Positions 37,720 through 48,867 of a DNA stretch of 64,000 nt are shown here, one piece after another. The notes beneath the pieces are model-generated. The model did no database searches. It saw only the letters and a list, made by a program, of their open reading frames with translations, and was not told the origin of the DNA. This stretch comes from Phoronis australis (taxonomy: Eukaryota; Animalia; Phoronida). The stretch covers positions 310,001-374,000 of the forward strand of contig NMRA01000137.1 of the NCBI GenBank assembly GCA_002633005.1, written 5' to 3'. Position 1 is the stretch's first letter; every line of letters begins with the position of its first letter. The position numbers were made by a program, and so were the translations under genes.

Positions 37720-40700
37720 CCTCCTATCAGTAAGTTTCTTTACCCAGCTGAGGATGGGTTTCTTGGCTTGTAACAAATTCACCTACAGAAAATGACAAGC
37801 TGTTTCAAGGCAACTTGATAAACTGAGGTTCGAGCTATAACAAACTGTCAGTTCTTTCTAATTCCAGGAATCACTTGTACTTTGAGTAAGGAATGGGCCA
37901 AGACAATAAATAGTCACAATCAAGAGTTGGTTTAATTGAAGGAAGGCAGGTTCATAGCAGCTTTAACAGCAATGACATAATCACATTAACAAACAAAATG
38001 GATTTTCACTGCCGAAGTTTAACCTGTATAACATCAAATGCATTTCACTGCAGTAATTCTCAACACAACAGAAATGTAAATGCAAACAAGAGTTGCAGCA
38101 TGACATGTAATTAATCGAAATATGTTTGAAGTCATGGACACATTTATATTAATTACGTAGTCAATTCGCACAACCACGTGGACCAACAAAAGCAGATGAT
38201 GACTGTTGATAGACTCAACATGAACCAAGTTACATGAGCACTTCAATTAAAAAGCAGGTACTGTATCACAGTTTTGGAGTCAAATGTAAGCAAACAGTGG
38301 TCAAGGATTGTTGGTTTACATATATAAAAAGTAGAATGTCAGATTTATATGCTGTACGGTAAATGAGTAAGATCAAAAATATAGCCGTGTCCTTTTGTAT
38401 TGACAACAGTCTATATCCACGTCAAGCTACTATGCAAAGGTAACTTTAAAATCAGAGTCAAATGTTCACTGAAGCAGTGATAGTTCTTTTGATAGATCAA
38501 ATAACATTTGTTGTCATTGCAAAACCATTGATCGTTAAGGCAATGAACTGGGTGGCCCCTGGAAGTCATGTGTCAAGTTTGTGCACGCCTTGTTTTTCTC
38601 TCAAGCATCTGCTAATTATGGACACCGGTGGCACTGGAGTATAGACCTTTCTTAATCCTTGACAGCATTACTCTTAGATTTCTCACTGAAGTACCTATGT
38701 AGCCTGTAAGTGTAAAATATTGTGAAAAGTTACAATATAATTGAGCACTGAAACACTAAAACCAAAAATACAGTGCAAAGAAAACCACCATTGGGTACAA
38801 GTAATGATAACTGTATCTATACCACCAACGGAATGCTAGTATCAACAAGTGTGAAAGGTTGCAAGTTAGAAAGATGGTGCAGAACTAATGCACGTATTGC
38901 CAAATCTTCATCGCATCATGATAACTTTTGATGGCCATTGCCACTTTATGGTTTAAGTGGATCCTAGAGTTCCAAGACAAGAAATTGAACTCATGGCAAC
39001 ATGGTTATGTCCCAAGTGCTACTCAGCAGCCGGTCATACTATTATCGTCTTTTAACAAGCAGTAAGAAACCTACATTGAGAGAAAATAGAGTTGCATTTT
39101 CACAGAAAAATTTCTGCGGCTATAAACCCTGTTATCCGCGCAACTTAACTTTTGATTTTAACCACTTTCCTCATTCAGATGAGAAATAAGTTTTGGTCTT
39201 GCAAAGAACTGTCAGTTCATTATGGTTGTGACCATGTCAGGTGAATGAAATGGCATGCTGTGACACGTCAACCTAAAGAAACTCTCAAGTAGTAACAAAT
39301 TGCTGGAGATTTTCAAGCCCAAACTTCACACCTTATTTTTATCAAGGAACAATTCGAGATCAATATCATACTAATGGTACATGGTCTAAATAAACAGTTG
39401 GTTTTCGTGACATAAGGCATGCCTATATCTACTTTAAATTCCAATAGAGCATAGAGTCTTTACAAGAGCAGACACAAACCTTTGATCCAGATTGTGAGGA
39501 TGCAGGTGACAAAGAAGATAAGGACAACGGTGAACAACAGCTCTGAATCCCTGTAAGATGACAATAGTGGCATTTGTAAGAAGACATTCAGTTTAAAATT
39601 TATTCTGAGGCCTCTACACTGAGAACTCAGACATGTATCTATGAATCTGAAACAGTGACATTGAATCGACAGATGGAATCGTAAAAGGGCAAATTTTCAA
39701 AATAAGGTTTTTAGAAATCATAATTGCTCCCCACACCAAACATGATGCACAGAATTTCAACCAGCAGCTGGAGTTAGCTTGCATTTATACTACAGTTGTA
39801 AGCGAGTTGAAAATTTTCACATGCAAATTAGTTACATTACAAATGTTCTTTGCTCAACTGGACATCCTCCAAAGCACTGATACATTAGAATAAAAACTTC
39901 ACACTAAAGTACGGTTTACACAAACCTAATATAAATAACTCAAATGAAACACTGCTTCGTGCATTTCAATGTGCATTTCCATGTTTTAATATGGAACAGC
40001 AGTGACGCCATCATGTGCGAAGTGCACTCATCCTTAAAAAATATCTCTAATATTTGTCTGGTAAGCTGCTTGGCTGTATTCATAAGTTTAGGTGTAAAAG
40101 TCTAGGTCCAAGCTCGCTACAGGGGGTTAGTTTGAAAACGCAGATGTAAACGCTTTGATCTATGTATTTTTGTAAAAAAATCAGTGTGGGGGGTTGCTGG
40201 TGCACTGCACGGTGGTAGGGGTAATGCGTTGTCGGAATCACGGACACTCCGAAATATTGGGAATCCCATTTTGGACACCCTATTTTCGAAATCCTGGGTG
40301 AATCCCTGAATAGAAATTGAACAGGCTTTAAACAAGGCATGTTTAAATACTGTAAACGAAACAGTGATATATTTGGTAAGGATTGTGAGTTGTGAGTTGA
40401 ATAAAATGTGAAATGTCACTCCATGAGATATTAAGGAAATGAATGAAACAATACCTCAAGGTTTCTTCAGGGGATGACCAGTCTGGGACTCTTGCAAAGA
40501 AGTTTGTAGAGGGCGTTGTCTAAACCACTCATTCTGAAAGTACAGATGATGAAGGAGGGTTTAAATACAATTTGACTCACTTTACTAGGAACAATCACAA
40601 GATTTAAGAATGTACTTTCAGTCAATTTGTCACACCTTTATGCTTAAAAGAACTTTGATTTAATTACCAGAAGGCAAAATTTGTAGCTGAGACAGCATTA

Positions 40701-41949
40701 TTCTAAACTGACAGCGACTTAAGAGACTTATAATTGACGAAAATTCCGGCTTACGTTAAAGTCCATAGCCTAATCTCTGTATTCGATACACAACTCGAAA
40801 ATTTAGCAATTCCATGACAAGACTAATAAGACATTCTCAAGTATAGCCATCTTGACCCAAGACTTATCCCCCCACTGTACTCAGTACGACCAACAGTGAT
40901 ATGAGCTTTCTAATAAAGTGAAGTCCCTAACACATCCTACAAACATCCCCCCCTCTCCCGCCACAATTGTTTACACCACCTGCCACGTTGTTCTGCTAGT
41001 TGAAATCGATCTAAAAGCCCTTTTGTACTTAATTTCGGTCTCAGCAGAGTGTCGACATGAACTGGAAAGTTAATCGAACCGTTTTTACCGGCTTTGGATG
41101 TCTAAGTAAACTGTAGCTGACATCGAAGTAATCCCAACGTAGTGCAGATGCAACACTTGTACACCAGGATTTTTTAATGTGATAATTTGGGAACATTGAC
41201 ATGTGCTAATGGACACAAAAACCTATTTCTAATTCGATTAGATATGAGCAGCTTTTAGCGACGACATTACCCTGTAATTGTCGATCATAGCAGTGGCTCC
41301 CTGACAATAACCGAAGTTGATCATTCATACTACCGTGCACCACAGCATCGACGCTCCGCTTGTCTACTGTGAAGTCAACTGGCACAGTTAACTTCGATTC
41401 AGGACCGAAGTTAACCCTCCATACTGACTGCAACTCCCCAAAACATCGCCATGTCATTAGAATGAAAGGGCCTTACCAGTTTTAACTACATGTTAAAACA
41501 CTAACATGGTGTAACTAGTCCGGGTCAGCGTGAATCAGTACTACTACTAGTAGCATTAGAACAAAAACTGCAGAGCTCATCGAATTGGGGCTCTTCAAAA
41601 TGATTTGGGTCCGATGTATGCTGACTGAGATCAGTTACCCATCAGTGAATGCTCTAACCGTGTATATGAGTCATTGAACATTTCACAAACAGCACACTTA
41701 CTGACTTATACTTGTCCATCGAAAGCCTGGAATTGTTCATTTGTTGTAATGTAAAACCTTCATGAGTTCGAACATTCAGTCTTGTCCTCATTGTTTCTCA
41801 CCTATCGAACGAGTCGCTTACAGGTATACGGTTTGTTGGTAATGCCGCTTTTTGTACTGGCTAACACGTCTTTTTCTGAATCTCGTAGAGCAGGACGACT
41901 GCGTTTCGCCTTCGGACGTACACTTCATAGACCTACTTCTCCCCGCCAT
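37720..41949 (-). pseudogene. Multi-exon Kolobok-type transposase remnant
   Basis: Exon 1 (41949-41702, GTAAGT donor): TVYL..FDR*ETMRTRLNVRTHEGF. ATGVH..LRE..HKLDT* near 38560-38630 (compare TDxH..HxxDxWH). VESINS..IDY near 38150-38225. Confidence 0.5.
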
Positions 41950-42824
41950 TTGTATAAATTCTGTTGACCTTTAGACCTGTGGCTGCGCATACGTTGTTGT
42001 AATGTTTATAATCAGTTTAGAATCACGGATACTAAATTCTTTGTAAACATTTCATTCGTTCGTAGTATTTACAACGATTTTTTTCAAACTTTTTGCACAA
42101 GTTGAAAGTTAATAACTTTTTGAACTCCATGTCACATCAAAAAACCGGCTTAAACGGCGTTAAGAGGTTTTTTCTTCTACAACTCGGACCATAGGCCTTT
42201 AAGCTCGCAAAGTCTTGCTTTATTAGTGAGTTTCTAGCCTTATTGAACTCTGGAATGACTTGCACGTTTTTAAAATACTTTGGCTTGCAACCTCAACAGA
42301 TTTAGAACTTCCTTGAGTTCGTGAATTACTTTTAAAACAACCACTGCCCTCTCTTGGTGGATCAATCTGACAGTTTGCATGACTATAGGGCGCACTGCTA
42401 GCCCCTTGGACCGACAATGTCATAGAGGAAGGGGCAGAGGATTAACAAGAAGCATCCTCCCGGCCGCTGAGCCTGTGCGTGTGTCGACATCGGGATCTGC
42501 ACCCATGAAACTCGTGTTCCATTGCCTAAATTGACCAGAGTGTATAATAAACGGTAGCTTTCTGAGAACACTCCGTGTACATACATTATTTACTTGCGAG
42601 AACAGCAAGATCTCGCTATACCTCGCAAAATTACGTGAGTGGACGGGAGCTTACAAAACTAATTTAACAAAATGGCGGCCATTGATGTGGCTGGTTGCTG
42701 AGGTCGGAATTCTGAATTGTGAGATTGTACCCAATGTTTCGTTTTATATAATTAAGTAAAATTTTTTCGCCAAAAGTTCGAGCTAATGTCTCGGGAACTA
42801 TGACTTGTTGTGTGCTATTTTTTA

Positions 42825-45552
42825 CAGTGGCGGATCTACGGGGGGTTCAGGGGGTTTAAACCCCCCCTCGGGCCAGGACCCAAAAATAAAAAAAACAAAA
42901 AAACGTCTCCACCAAAACAAAAACGGCACCGCCAGCGTGTGTAAACCCCTAGTAAACCAACTTGGAAAAAATGAGGGGGGTTCACTCTGAAAATATATTT
43001 TTTGCATTGTGAATTGCTGTTATGAAAATCAACGCGTTTCGGGTCTTCGTGGCTCATCGGCAAAACCCCGGAGATCAATTGTGCGCGTGCTTCCGACGAC
43101 ACTTCTGAAGTAGCCAAGCATTTTAGATGGATCCACCGCTGAAAAAGCAGCTCTATAGCTGATTTTTTAGGTAACTAGTTTCTTTACTCTAAGATATGTG
43201 TTGATTTGATTAGGGGAAATACTGTGGTGCCGCAACCCTGATATTCGAAGGCGAATTGATGGGCAATGTTTTTACCTCATCTGTCATGCCGTGTCATCCT
43301 ATTACACCCCACACGTTCTTAACTCGAATTTGACTGGTGTATTGTAAAGTTGTCTTGCGCATTATCATACAGTGAACATGTACTTGTAATACTTTTGAAA
43401 AAAACGAGTTTTCCGAAGAATTGCTATTGTGGCGGGCGCCGTGGTCTGGTCGCGAGTCTGTTTGAAGATCATGGCACTCTGACAAGTTATGACTATACAA
43501 GGAATGACCAAGGGGGCACTCACATTAACAAAGTGACCGCATTCGCGAACAGAAATTGCGGGGAGGCAGTATTTTCACAACAAAGTCTTGCGGGACTCGT
43601 GCGATGTTCAATGGGCCTTCTAAGGAGCCCTAGTGCCGACCTCAACACCTACCGTCTTTCTACCTGCAATAAGCACCACTGAGGTTTTCTATACTGGGAA
43701 TTTCCGCAGAAAGGCTCACTCGACGAAACGCCCATGCCCATTGGCATTTATTTGATGTTAGTACTTCGGGTTTCAAGCGTTCAAACATTGGGACTTTTAT
43801 TTCGAAAATTGCAAGAGATGCAAATGGGTCCTGGGATACATCGTCAAGGTTTGAAGTAGTCCATGATGAAAGGAACAAATTTAGTTGCGCATGCTGTAAG
43901 TCTTTTGAATGGACTTGGTATCCCCAGGGGGCTTAGTGCCAACTGAGCTGCGAAACGAGATGCTGCATTATAGAGGTGAACAAGCTCATTGACACAACAG
44001 TTGACGAAGTGCAAGCGTTGGGAACTAACGTCGAAGATGTCTGGGTAGAATGGTTCTAAGACAAGCAAACCATTGGATCCGATATACTGATTCCTCGGCA
44101 GTCTAGACAGCAGGTAGATTGGACCAATGTTCCTGGAGAAACACCCAGGTAATAAGTTATAATTATTCACAGTTTGCAATAATGTCGGTTTCTTGTGCTT
44201 GTGTACAATGGAAACTAAATGGAAATTATTTTTAGACATGCCAAATTTACCCAGTACACCAGAGGGTCTACGAGCGCACAGAAACTGATTCTGGTTTGCA
44301 TTTCCACATGAGTCTATCTGCTTCATACCCAAAATCTTATTTCGCGTAGTGCGTAGTTAAATCTGTACCCAATACTTGTTTCTTCCAGTGAGTACTACAG
44401 AACGGTGCGAAAACCCTTCCTTGACAACCTCTCGCAGCAGTTGACCACCGGATGTGTAAACTACACGTATGAGCAACCACTGGGGATTAAAACGTGTCTA
44501 GAGAGAAGTTTCAATTCAAAATTTTTTGCAAAGTATGCTTTAGGTCTAACGACGGACCAGTCCAGCTTGATTTGTGTAGATATCGAGTTTCAGTGTACTT
44601 CTGGTCCCTCGGCGAACTAGTCTTGTGATGTTTTTTTACCAAAGTGTGCTTTGTAAAACTATTTGTCTCAACCAGTACTGTTTGGTCCCGCGACAGATCG
44701 ACTATTTTTGTAGGGATAATTAGCACAGGTGTACTTTTGGTCTCGTGACGGACCAGGCCAGAGTTTTTGTGTACTCTCAGTGTACATCTGGTCCCTCTAC
44801 GAACTACTCCTTTATATCTTTTCACCACGGTGTAGGCTTACAAAGTGTTTTGGTTTCGTGAAACTGTTTTCAGATGATTTGTTTCCTGATACATTTGACG
44901 TTTTTCAATTGTTGTCAACGTGATTCAGCTTAATAAAGTGATACTTAATTGTTTATTGTTGCTTTTAGTAATAGACTATGAGCTGAGAGCACCATCGTTC
45001 GCCAGTTTTTCTCGTAACGAGACAGAACACATGTTTATTTCCGGACTAACAGTACAGGTCTTCATTCTTAAACAGCTTGAGGCTGTTGCGATCATCTGAT
45101 ATTCAAGTTTTTACGCCCCGTGGGTGCTCCTTATGCTCTTCAATGTTTGGTAGTTGTCTAAACCCCTGTATACACACCACACTTTTTCGTATGCTAAAAA
45201 GGTGTGTGTAAGTAGATGTTCCAACAAAAATTTTTACTGGTGGTGTGACTCATACCCAGATGTGCACAAATATGGTTTCACGAAACTTATGAGCCAAGTT
45301 CATGTGACGAAATCGAGAAGGGTTTTTAATTATCTTAAGAAAAATTCCAGGGACATGTTAAGTGCCAGAAACGTACCAGGATGCATGGAAATTTCACTGT
45401 TTGGCTACAAAAACAAAAGGTTGTCTTACACGGGAGGGGGTTAAACCCCCTTCCCGACCTCCGCCCCCCCCCCGCTCGGCGCCACGCGCCTCGGATTCGA
45501 GCTTTGCGGGAATCCTAAACCCCCCCTTACTGAAAACGTAGATCCGCCACTG
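42825..45552 (+). mobile_element. hAT5-like DNA transposon, 2.7 kb, with transposase remnant
   Basis: Perfect 16-bp TIR CAGTGGCGGATCTACG and 5-bp TSD TTTTA. Confidence 0.9.
43580..44452 (+). pseudogene. hAT transposase remnant (PRKRIR/THAP12-like region) with a GT-AG intron at 44149-44388
   Basis: Splicing gives IPRQSRQQVDWTNVPGETP-SEYYRTVRKPFLDNLSQQL, the typical PR..NVP..TP.EYYR..PFLD hAT motif. Confidence 0.75.
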
Positions 45553-45592
45553 TTTTACTACACTCTCTGGATTACTTTCACTGATGTGAGTG

Positions 45593-46709
45593 CATAGGCG
45601 GATTTAGGGGGGGCAGGGGGACCGGCCCCACCTCCCCCTTTGGCTGCCGCAAAAAATAAAACAGCAAGAGCGTAGGGAAATGTTGAGTTTATAAATTGAC
45701 CTCGGTTATTAACATTATATGTCGGAAACAAGATTTAAATGTGTGCAGTTTTAGTGTGTTTTTTTTTTTGGGGGGGGGGCTCAGACCCAATTTCAAGTGT
45801 CAAATTCGGAACACGGCTCAATGGTAACGGAACTAAGGCTAAGTATAGGCTCTCCCGCGATATCCCAGGCGACCGGCAGTGGCGTTGCGCACTACGACTC
45901 CGTTTCCGTCGTCTGCTTCACTGTGCAATGAAGAAAATTACTTCATTTTTTGAACAAAATGGAATCTGAGCGACGATGAAAATACAGAAGCTGCTAGTAA
46001 GATGTGAATTTTAGTCTAAGCAGCAGTGAATTACTCAGAAACTCATAATTCTCTCTTTGTCAAACCTTAACTTAAGACGATTTCCAAAGCAACGCGTCAT
46101 TAATGCCAACACAAAAAACGGATTTGATCTTTTTGGCAATTGAAGACTATTTTAAATTTTTCTACAACAAATTTGTTACGAACTGATTGCACAAAATATA
46201 AAAAGTGTAATAATCATTACAAAAAGAAGTAGGTTTCGCGCGCAAACGCTGTGGATCATAAACAAGTAGGTCTCTTAGTATGGAATAACGAGTGAAATCG
46301 TGGTGGTATAGTGGTAAAGCACGCACGCTTTATACGCCAGGTTATGAGTTCGAGTCTGTGGTACTTGCAGTTTATCAAGTTTGACACGTTCTCCGTGTTT
46401 TTTTTATTTTCTTTGCCTTTTTTTCTTGGATACTACATCAGGAATCAAGTAAAATGCTTGATTTTTAGAGGAAAAAACAGAAACATTTTCCTGGGCGGGA
46501 GGGGGGCAAACCTTCCTCCCGATCTCCCCCCATTCGTTGCTATGCGCATTTACAATCGTGCATTGCGCAAATGTTTACAGACAAAATGTTGGGCCTCCCT
46601 TGTGATATCCTAGACCCGCTACTGTCGTACATAGGTGGAATTAAGCGCTTTGCACACTTGCCAGTGCAACATGTTGGGCCCCCATTATGGTATCCTAGGC
46701 CCGCCACTG
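45593..46709 (-). mobile_element. Family B hAT5-like element, copy 2, with a duplicated terminus
   Basis: Reverse complement of 11045-12051 up to 46624, then a second terminus ending at 46709. Flanks GAGTG/GAGTA. Confidence 0.8.
46300..46360 (+). other. tRNA-derived segment with Pol III A/B boxes inside a family B element
   Basis: TGGTATAGTGG (A box) and GTTCGAGTC (B box). Counterpart on - at about 11315-11372. Confidence 0.55.
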
Positions 46710-48566
46710 GAGTAGGCTCCTTAAGGGATTACGTTGTAGATTCTGTTGTTATTTGCATTATTTCTCTCAGGTGTTGTTGATCATCACATTGGCACATATT
46801 GTCGCCCGTACTCAAATAGAATGCAAAACACCAACACCTTTTTAGTTTCGATTTTGAGTACATTACAAATCCCGGGTCCCGATGATCTCGGTTGTGGTTC
46901 TGTCGGCGTAATACTGTGACGCGTGTTGGAATTGACTTGGTCCATTCAATGGTAGTCGTGAAGCATCAAATCAATCTGTTTGATGGCCACAATATATTAC
47001 ATATAGCAATACAACATCTCGGTCGTCTACTGATGTTTACAATGTGAGGAAATTCAGGATTTATTAATAATTACGTGTATTCAGTCAACGAAATTTTAGC
47101 TCCAAATGTTCCGCAACTCAGTCGCATACCATTGTGTGACGAACAGTCAGTTTCAGCTTCTTTGGGTTCTTACATTGTATGTAATTCACCAATGTTTTGT
47201 TCAGCTGTTGTACGTGAACTCTGATGCCAATTTAGATCAATAAAGCACCCACACCAGATTTCTGAAAAAATCGCTCTAGCCACGTGACTCATGCTCGGTT
47301 CAACGACCACCACCTGGTAATTACTTCCATCACTCTTGTTAGGTACCCGCTGGAGAGACTCGCGAATGTAAGAACCGCTTGTTTCATAGAAAGCGGACAT
47401 TTGATTGACGAGAACAACTGATGCGTCATACCACCTGGGGCCATGGTGTAGTATACATAAACTAGAAATCGAACTCGCTTTTTTGGCGTTTTATGTTCCA
47501 CATTTGTGCGAATTCAATTTAAGTGGCTACTGGTCTTTGCTCCAGAACATAAGGGTTTATGCACTCATGCATGAGTTTCAAGTCTACGTTTGCACTGAAT
47601 GATTGCTACATTCGTACTACGATTTCTAGTGAACGCTCGAAATATCAAGTTCGCACACGAAATTTTAGCTTTAATGCTGGGTTCATCAAGTTCAAACTAG
47701 GATTAGACAATTATGCAGGTTAGCCAGAATGTACTGGATGACAGAAACATAGACACTTGTTCAGAGGTCACACAAAAGTAGAATAGAAAATCCCGAATTC
47801 GATTTCGAGTAAAAACATTAAATAGCGGACCCTGAGGTTTAAAGGAAGTCAACTTTAGTGGAAAATATTTTTCACCTGGGTGGAAATAGTTTCAACGTAG
47901 GCGAAGAAAAAATAACCAAATCAAAATAATAGTCATATCTTTGGGCACTTGTACTATTCTATTTTGAACCAACCGACTTAAGTGTAATAGGAATAAGAAG
48001 CAAGTCCAAAGTTTGTGTATAAAAATCTATTACGCTGCCGTCACGTCTATAACCCCTCTCGTCTGATCAATATTTGATGGTGAAGATAAAAATATGCGGT
48101 CAATGTTGTTTTTGATAAAAGTGAATCGCTAGACAATCCCACCATTTGAATGTTTCCGTACACTAGATGACAGCATGGTATGGGGATTGTAAGGCGAGAA
48201 CTTTCAAGCGATATATTCGTAGAAAAAAGAACACTGTCTTTTGAATAAAGATTCATGTGGTTTCCAAATATTCGCATTAGTTTGCAAACGTTGGTTGACA
48301 CTTGCACGTTTAAAAGTAACACTGTGGTATTGTAACATTGCCGATTACGTAAAATCGCAAGTACTGAGCAGGCACTAATAATTTTTCAACGCAAAACAAA
48401 GCACATGTGAGGCAATTCTATATGGATTTCATAGTAAGTACGCTCACCCTTTTGTCCAAAAGACAGTCCCAAGGTAATTTCTAGATACTAAAAGGAACCA
48501 TGCAGGAAAGATTTGCCATTAAATAATACCCGTATGTGCTTGTTTCGGAAGAAGGGACATCTCTTG

Positions 48567-48867
48567 AATAGGCCTTTTGCGAGTTTATAACAATAACGCG
48601 AGATTATGTGAGACTTAACTGTGACGTCACGGGAAGTGGGGCAAAAGCTTGTCGTTTGGTCATTTGCCCAATACGGTAGCAGAGTGTATTCTGTTATTGT
48701 CTTCGAGTTTTTAGCCGTTTAGTTCGAAAAATNATTCACCATAAGAACTCCAGTAAGTTTTAGCGTGTGTAGCAAAGACTCGGGGCAAAACAAGAGCAAT
48801 ATGGCGGGTTTTGCCCCCTTTCCGGTGACGTCACAGTGACTAGCGAGAAACTCGCAAGTGAGCTATT
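48567..48867. mobile_element. ~300-bp MITE
   Basis: AATAGGCCTTTTGCGAGTTT / AAACTCGCAAGTGAGCTATT, with inner inverted CTGTGACGTCAC..GGGGCAAAA blocks. Confidence 0.7.

Larger units (their letters stand above)
34560..42198 (-). mobile_element. Large, old, intron-containing Kolobok-like element (left end not located)
   Basis: Candidate right end GGACCATAGGCCT+TTAA (42199-42202). Convergent KolX-like (+) and transposase-like (-) exon remnants. Confidence 0.5.

Noticed and set aside
43844-44332. 162-aa minus-strand ORF
   Set aside because: It is the antisense shadow of the plus-strand hAT transposase remnant and its intron.
42825-45552. Transib (5-bp TSD)
   Set aside because: Termini are CAG..CTG rather than CAC..GTG, and the internal protein motif is hAT-type.
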